From NCBI GenBank assembly GCA_965637545.1, contig OZ281497.1, positions 6,014,001 through 6,078,000 on the forward strand: a stretch of DNA of 64,000 nucleotides. The letters run 5' to 3'. Shown in pieces: positions 59,018 through 64,000 of the stretch (position 1 is its first letter; each line of letters opens with the position of its first letter). Below the pieces are notes generated by a model. It did not search any database. It was not told the origin of the DNA and saw nothing but the letters and a program-made list of their open reading frames with translations. The stretch is from Phallusia mammillata. Taxonomy: Eukaryota. Position numbers and translations under genes: made by a program.

Positions 59018-60129
59018 TACTAGAGACTACAGACCAGCAAACAAGTTTTATTTGGACGCATAAAAATACTGGTAGTTACCTAATATGACGCACCGTTATA
59101 CGATATTACAGAAAAAGCGCTACTATAGTAGGATGAATTATATTGTTTTGCGTGCATTATATTGTTTGACAATCTTTGTTTTATTTCAGACCTATAGTGA
59201 TTTGTAATTTTGCAGATAAAAGTACAGCTAGTCACTGTTAAAAACACCACTGTTGCATAGTATGATCGCCAACTGAACGTTGTATAAACAAATTTGCGCA
59301 TGGTGGCAGCAAAGGTCGCAAACTGCAAAAACCTATGCATAGCACTGCCGTAAGCATTATTGGCGTTTTTCTGATACGTGGACTTTAGGCACTTTTGCGT
59401 TCATTTACGCACACGAATCGAATGCTGTGATGCAATTACAAAAATTCCTGCTTATGCCTTCAGCAAGAAGTCATTAGGGCGTTTGCAATCACAGAAGGGC
59501 GCTTGCTTCGTGTCACGCTCTTTTTGTTACCTAATGCAAACGTTGATAACTACTTTTGGGTGTTCTGGAGTCTCCATGTGTTTGGCAATAGAACTTGATC
59601 TCCATGTGTTTGGCAAAAGAACTTGTATAGTTGTCGCACAGTTTACTTGTATTGGTTGCAGTTTATTAATTAATCATACAGGATGTCAATATATATTTTT
59701 TGTCTTGAACAGCTTTACATCTAACCATTTATATTGATGCCAAAGTTTAACTGTTTGCCTGAATCAAACTATAAGTATAAGGTTAAGCACAAATCTTTGG
59801 GGTGATATCTACTCGATTAACTTTGTTGAAAGTCCTTTACAAGAAATGAGGCTTTGCCGCCAAAAATGCGACTCTTCAAGATGACAAACACAAAAAGGTA
59901 AGTTATCCATTTTTTGTGTAGAATTTGTTTGCACATTGATAAATTGCATGAACACGGCAAGTTTTTTCATTACTTCCACAAATATGGGACAAGTTCGGCA
60001 AACATAGTTGGTGTCGTCTCGTTTTTTGTCGGACTTAGTGCATTACTAATATAAACCACGAACAGATGTAAGGCATGTAGTAAATTTCTGTCTACTTTGT
60101 AGCTGCCTAAATGTGAGTCACGAGACACA

Positions 60130-60235
60130 AAGTCTTGACGTATCGCTCGCCTTAAAGGCACGCACAAAGCCTTACAGGTAAAAAAATTCCGACGAAGGGG
60201 TAAATTTTCCACGTTGGTGGTTAAATTTTTCCACC
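60130..60235 (+). promoter_or_regulatory. Putative promoter of gene C with three GG-(A/T)n-TTCC motifs
   Basis: Motifs at 60177-60190, 60197-60210 and 60219-60232, with the same 20/22-nt spacing as at 34453-34508. Confidence 0.55.
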
Positions 60236-60347
60236 TTCGCAAAGCAGTAATACTCCTGACATTGGGAGCGCCCTAATCATTGCAATGTCAGCAGTTCGGC
60301 AAGCAGTCATTGCTGCAAACTAATTGTATGCAAAGAATTTGGGCAAA

Positions 60348-63300
60348 ATGTTTACTTTTGTAATATGTTTAGCCTGCTGTATTGGAATAAGTCTAACCCA
60401 ACCGGATTTAGTTGAGAATGTCGGTAAGTTATGTTTCAAACAGAAAATAGTTTGTATTAAAACTTCACTTGTTATGTCAGACGGTGTTTATACTGACAAA
60501 ACCCTAAACAGGGCAAATGAAAGCGGCTAAGTTTTTATGTAATATTTTTATGCCAAATCTTTGCAATCTAAGAAATTACGGCATAAAAACTTTCAAAAAC
60601 AGACAATTTAAATCGTAACAGGCACTTGAATTCAGCCTATTTTTAATTTTTTGTACAAAATACGACATAATGACCAAAAGTATACACTAAACATAAAAAG
60701 CGATATGCTGTATTTTTTAACGTGCTGTAAAATAATTTCTACTTAATATAGCGCATAAGTATTTCAAGAACGAATTTTAGTTTCCTTGACTGAAACGTCT
60801 CTTCCCTAATACATTCGTTACTTTTTCCGCCAAATATTTAGTTGCGGCCCGAAACTGTTTTGTTTCGGCCCGAAACCGATGTTTTGCTGACCACAGTGTT
60901 TTGGGTTGGCTCACTGTGTTTGCGCACTTGCCGAACAGACCGTGTCATGCGTCGTCTCGCTTCGTTGATTTGAAGTGATGTGCACGTGCTGAAGTTGAGT
61001 CTGGTCTCAAAATATGAACTTGTAACTATTTACCGCCAATGTCAACTCACACAGATGCAAAGCTCTTTGAAATATATTTAGACAGGAATGTAATGGCCTC
61101 TGAGAGCATGCGTTAAAAACATGCTTGGTTATACCTAACGCAACATAGAACTTTCAAAGAGGGTGTATACTTTGGACAAAAATACACAATAAATTATTCG
61201 AATTTTGTCCTAATGCTCGAATAATATCCACGAACCCAACACTGATCAAGGCAAGTCAGCCCAAACTCATCTTTTATTGCAGGTTATATGTTTTTTCAGC
61301 TTGAGTTCCTAGGATTCAAACGCGTAAAACCAAAATTCAAATTTCTTTTGTAGTGGAAACGGTGCATAAGTTCTCATTATCACAAGTCGCTATCTAATGA
61401 AGGCAAAACCCATCTAAATCATTAAATTTTTAAACGAACTTTTATAATCGAAGCACTTTGTCATATTAAACTGAACAATTTGCCAGTCTGAATTTATCGT
61501 CGGAGTTTTGTCCATAACTTAGTAAAGTGATCAAAACGCTGTAAAACGTGTGATAGTGCTTTATTTGTATGTATAAATAGGCTAACTCTCTGCAAATTGA
61601 AACAAAAATCTACTGTATTGTTTAAATTCCGCAGTCACGGCACTAAACGACGAAGAATACAGGGTAGCCGTTACAGGAGCAAACGGAACAATATTTTCTC
61701 CTAACGTTCCGTCACCATCTCCAGCAAACTTCACTTGTAGTTGGACAATCACTGGTCCACCTGACACGGTATTAATGTTACAACTAGTCAAGTAAAAAAC
61801 TGTTAAATTTGTATATTCTTACTTGAAATAGTTCATGTTCTTTTTAAATCGAGTTGGTTCTTGCTTTACCTTTCAAAAAGGACCGAATTATCCCAAGACA
61901 TGGAGTACTTTGCTTCTTGTATATCGATAGTTAACTTTAACATGTAAATGTCATATATTTAGATACTGATTGTGGAGTTTGATTATTTTACCATACCCTA
62001 CTCTGATGGATGTACTGATGCACGTATTTCGTTATACGATGGAAACAGCACCTTGGCACCATTGGTATGGACTATGTAATGTGCTAGTTTAAAAAGTATA
62101 ATATCTCACACAAAATTGTAAACTGTGGTTTGTATCAAAGCAAATTGTAAAATCTGTAGGACCAATTTTTTCATGTAACGAGTACAATTGCTTTTCAGCA
62201 TGAAGACCGCCATATTTGTGGGTATTATTCATCGGACTTCAGATCATCAAGCAACATAGCGCTACTCGTCTACAAAGCATCTGATACCTTTTCAACACTA
62301 TTCAGCCTGCACTGGTACTCGATAGGTAACTTGCTTTTAAATCGGTGGTTACCACCTAGCGACTTTTACTATGGCTTGCATGGTATCAACTAAACCCTGT
62401 TTGAATGTGTACGCCCATTGTTCTTGACTACATTGGCATATTGATCCCTATGTAAGTTGGGTCAGTTAAGTTGTAATTCCTGATCTAAAATTCCTGATCT
62501 AACTTAAAGGTAAGCTTCGGCGGGTATCACTAGTGGTAGGCGCACCACAGGTTGAGTACCATTACTTTAGGCCAAAGCTAGTTTTTTTTTACTTTGCTTG
62601 ATTGAAGGGGCTTTGTGTTCAAACGTGTTTTGATATTTTCTGTTAGAAAACTTATGTGTTGCACCATTTGTCCTTAACTCAACGTCTGGTTCTATCACAT
62701 CCCCATTGTATCCACAACCTTACCCTCGTGCTCAGCAGTGTGAATGGAGAATTGAAGTTCCTATCAATAAGGTTTGACATTTGATTACTGTGGCTGACAT
62801 TTGATTACCGTCCATAAAGTGTTGATTGACAGGACGTAGCGTTAACGTTTATCAGATAAGATGAACATAAATTCATAACTGGGATCAGCCCTGAAGCGTC
62901 GATGCAGACCAGCGATCACGGCACACTCCTATGTAAATCACAGTACGCCAGGCCCATTACAGGAATCATACCGAATCAGCCGGTCACCAAGCATTCACCA
63001 CCATATGGCAAGGCGTGGACTAGAAAAATCTAGCCTGCGGTGGGATTCGAACCCACGACAGGAGTCTTTCCGGGACTCGCGCTCTACCAACTGAGCTACG
63101 CAGGCTCAGTGGAGAATCCGCCGAAAGTCGAATCACAAGCACCGTTGCCTGCCTCGTATGCTGCACATGTCAGCTTCCAGTTATGAATTGTGCTTGTGAT
63201 TCGACTTTCGGCGGATTCTCCACTGAGCCTACGTAGCTCAGTTGGCAGAGCGCGAGTCCCGGAAAGACTCCTGTCGTGGGTTCGAATCCCACCGCAGGCT

Positions 63301-64000
63301 AGATTTTTCTAGCCTACGCCTTGCCATATGGTGGTGAATGCTTGGTGACCGGCTGATTCGGTATGACGCCTTTAATGGGCCTGGCGTACTGTGATTGTCA
63401 TTTATCAGATATTCGTGTTTAAATTAAACCTATTGCCTAAAAGGTTGCGGAGTCTGTTGTGGTTTGTGTAATTTATAGTATTTGATTGTTAAAGCTTGGT
63501 TCTGCCTTCGGAAACATTACTTATTACATGATATTAGCACCAGCAACATGTACGTACAAATCCCATACAAAACCGAACAAATTTGATACTTTTAATTCAT
63601 GTTAATGTCTCATGTCTCACAGGTCATTCACGTTACGTTCAACGATGTTGATATCTCCAACTCATATGGTTGCTATAGTAATTACTTGCAAGTTTTGGAC
63701 GGTGAAGAAGTGGTAACGTTTTGTGATTAGATAAGTTATAGCTAAAAATTTATATCCGTTTAACTAAATATTTCCCTTTTAAACATGGCTGCAGTAAGCG
63801 GATGCTACTACTAAAAAAAAAAACATAATTAACATTAAAAAGATACACTCTGCTTTACCACATTGTGTCCAAGAGTGTTTAAAATAAGTTAACCATGAAT
63901 TGTCGGTAAACATTTTACATTAACAACACTGAAATGCCAACCTTGCTTGCACAAGCTGACAAAAGTTGATTTTTGAAACTGTTTTTTATTTGTTTTCAGT
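60348..64000 (+). CDS. Gene C (5' part): signal peptide, an extra N-terminal CUB and a CUB homologous to CUB 1 of A and B; continues past the window
   Basis: Exons 60348-60423 (MFTFVICLACCIGISLTQPDLVENV), 61635-61768 (GTIFSPNVP...FTCSWTI), 61963-62064, 62199-62325, 62647-62771 and 63623-63712; the next acceptor AG is at 63998-63999. Confidence 0.85.
63033..63105 (-). tRNA. tRNA-like gene, GGA anticodon, short variable loop (non-canonical)
   Basis: GCCTGCG TA GCTC AGTTGGTA GAGC GC GAGTC CCGGAAA GACTC CTGTC GTGGG TTCGAAT CCCAC CGCAGGC. All four stems pair, A and B boxes are intact, and TTTTT lies 4 nt downstream. Atypical features are C33 and a 2-nt D/anticodon connector. Confidence 0.55.
63227..63299 (+). 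tRNA. tRNA-like gene, GGA anticodon (inverted second copy)
   Basis: Same cloverleaf with one acceptor-stem mismatch (GCCTACG), followed by TAGATTTTT. Confidence 0.5.

Larger units (their letters stand above)
62858..63400. mobile_element. Head-to-head inverted pair of the tRNA-carrying element
   Basis: Arms about 62936-63141 and 63190-63396 are near-perfect inverted repeats. 11-bp TSD TTTATCAGATA at 62848-62858 and 63401-63411. Confidence 0.88.

Noticed and set aside
61579-61600. Acceptor at 61579-61580 as exon 2 of gene C
   Set aside because: It gives an immediate TAA in phase 1; the acceptor at 61633-61634 yields the CUB exon.
61582-61791. Minus-strand ORF with a SEA-like look (GPVIVQLQVKF)
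   Set aside because: It is the antisense shadow of the + strand CUB exon 61635-61768, which has proper splice sites and phase.
62885-62925. CTGAAGCG...CGATC in the tRNA element tail as a hammerhead
   Set aside because: The core does not match (no A9 and no GAAA).
63033-63299. Canonical tRNA-Ser(GGA) genes
   Set aside because: No long variable arm, C at position 33, an extra connector base, and embedded in a repeated element with a TSD. Kept only as tRNA-like.

Overview
AT-rich eukaryotic (animal) genomic DNA with many short GT-AG introns. The ORF track is mostly uninformative, so exons were reconstructed by hand from splice sites and reading phase. A compact marine invertebrate such as a tunicate is plausible, but this is inference only. 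The window is a + strand tandem array of paralogous mosaic 'polyprotease' genes (ovochymase/polyserase-like) built from CUB, LDLa and chymotrypsin-family (S1) protease modules. (0) The 3' piece of an upstream copy (175-2475) is broken off at about 2970. (A) Gene A runs about 3200-26775: 53 exons, about 2216 aa, 6 CUB, 4 LDLa, 4 S1 domains, two Ser/Thr mucin stretches and a GPI-type tail. (B) Gene B runs 34624/35136-57937: 50 exons, about 1879 aa, 5 CUB, 4 LDLa, 4 S1 domains, a Ser/Thr stalk and a GPI-type tail. (C) Gene C starts at 60348 and runs off the window. A and B each contain intact-triad Gly189-type protease, an inactive homolog (His to Ser, Ser to Glu/Gln) and intact-triad Asp189 trypsin-type protease, each behind its own PR|(I/V)VGG activation site. 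Both reached four protease domains by duplicating different modules, and the breakpoints are visible in the sequence: a chimeric exon, an exon stump, and a relic first exon. Introns and spacers hold hAT, Tc1/mariner and piggyBac-type MITEs, a probable solo LTR, three minimal hammerhead-ribozyme-like motifs, and a mobile element that carries a complete tRNA-like gene (GGA anticodon), present once as a head-to-head inverted pair.
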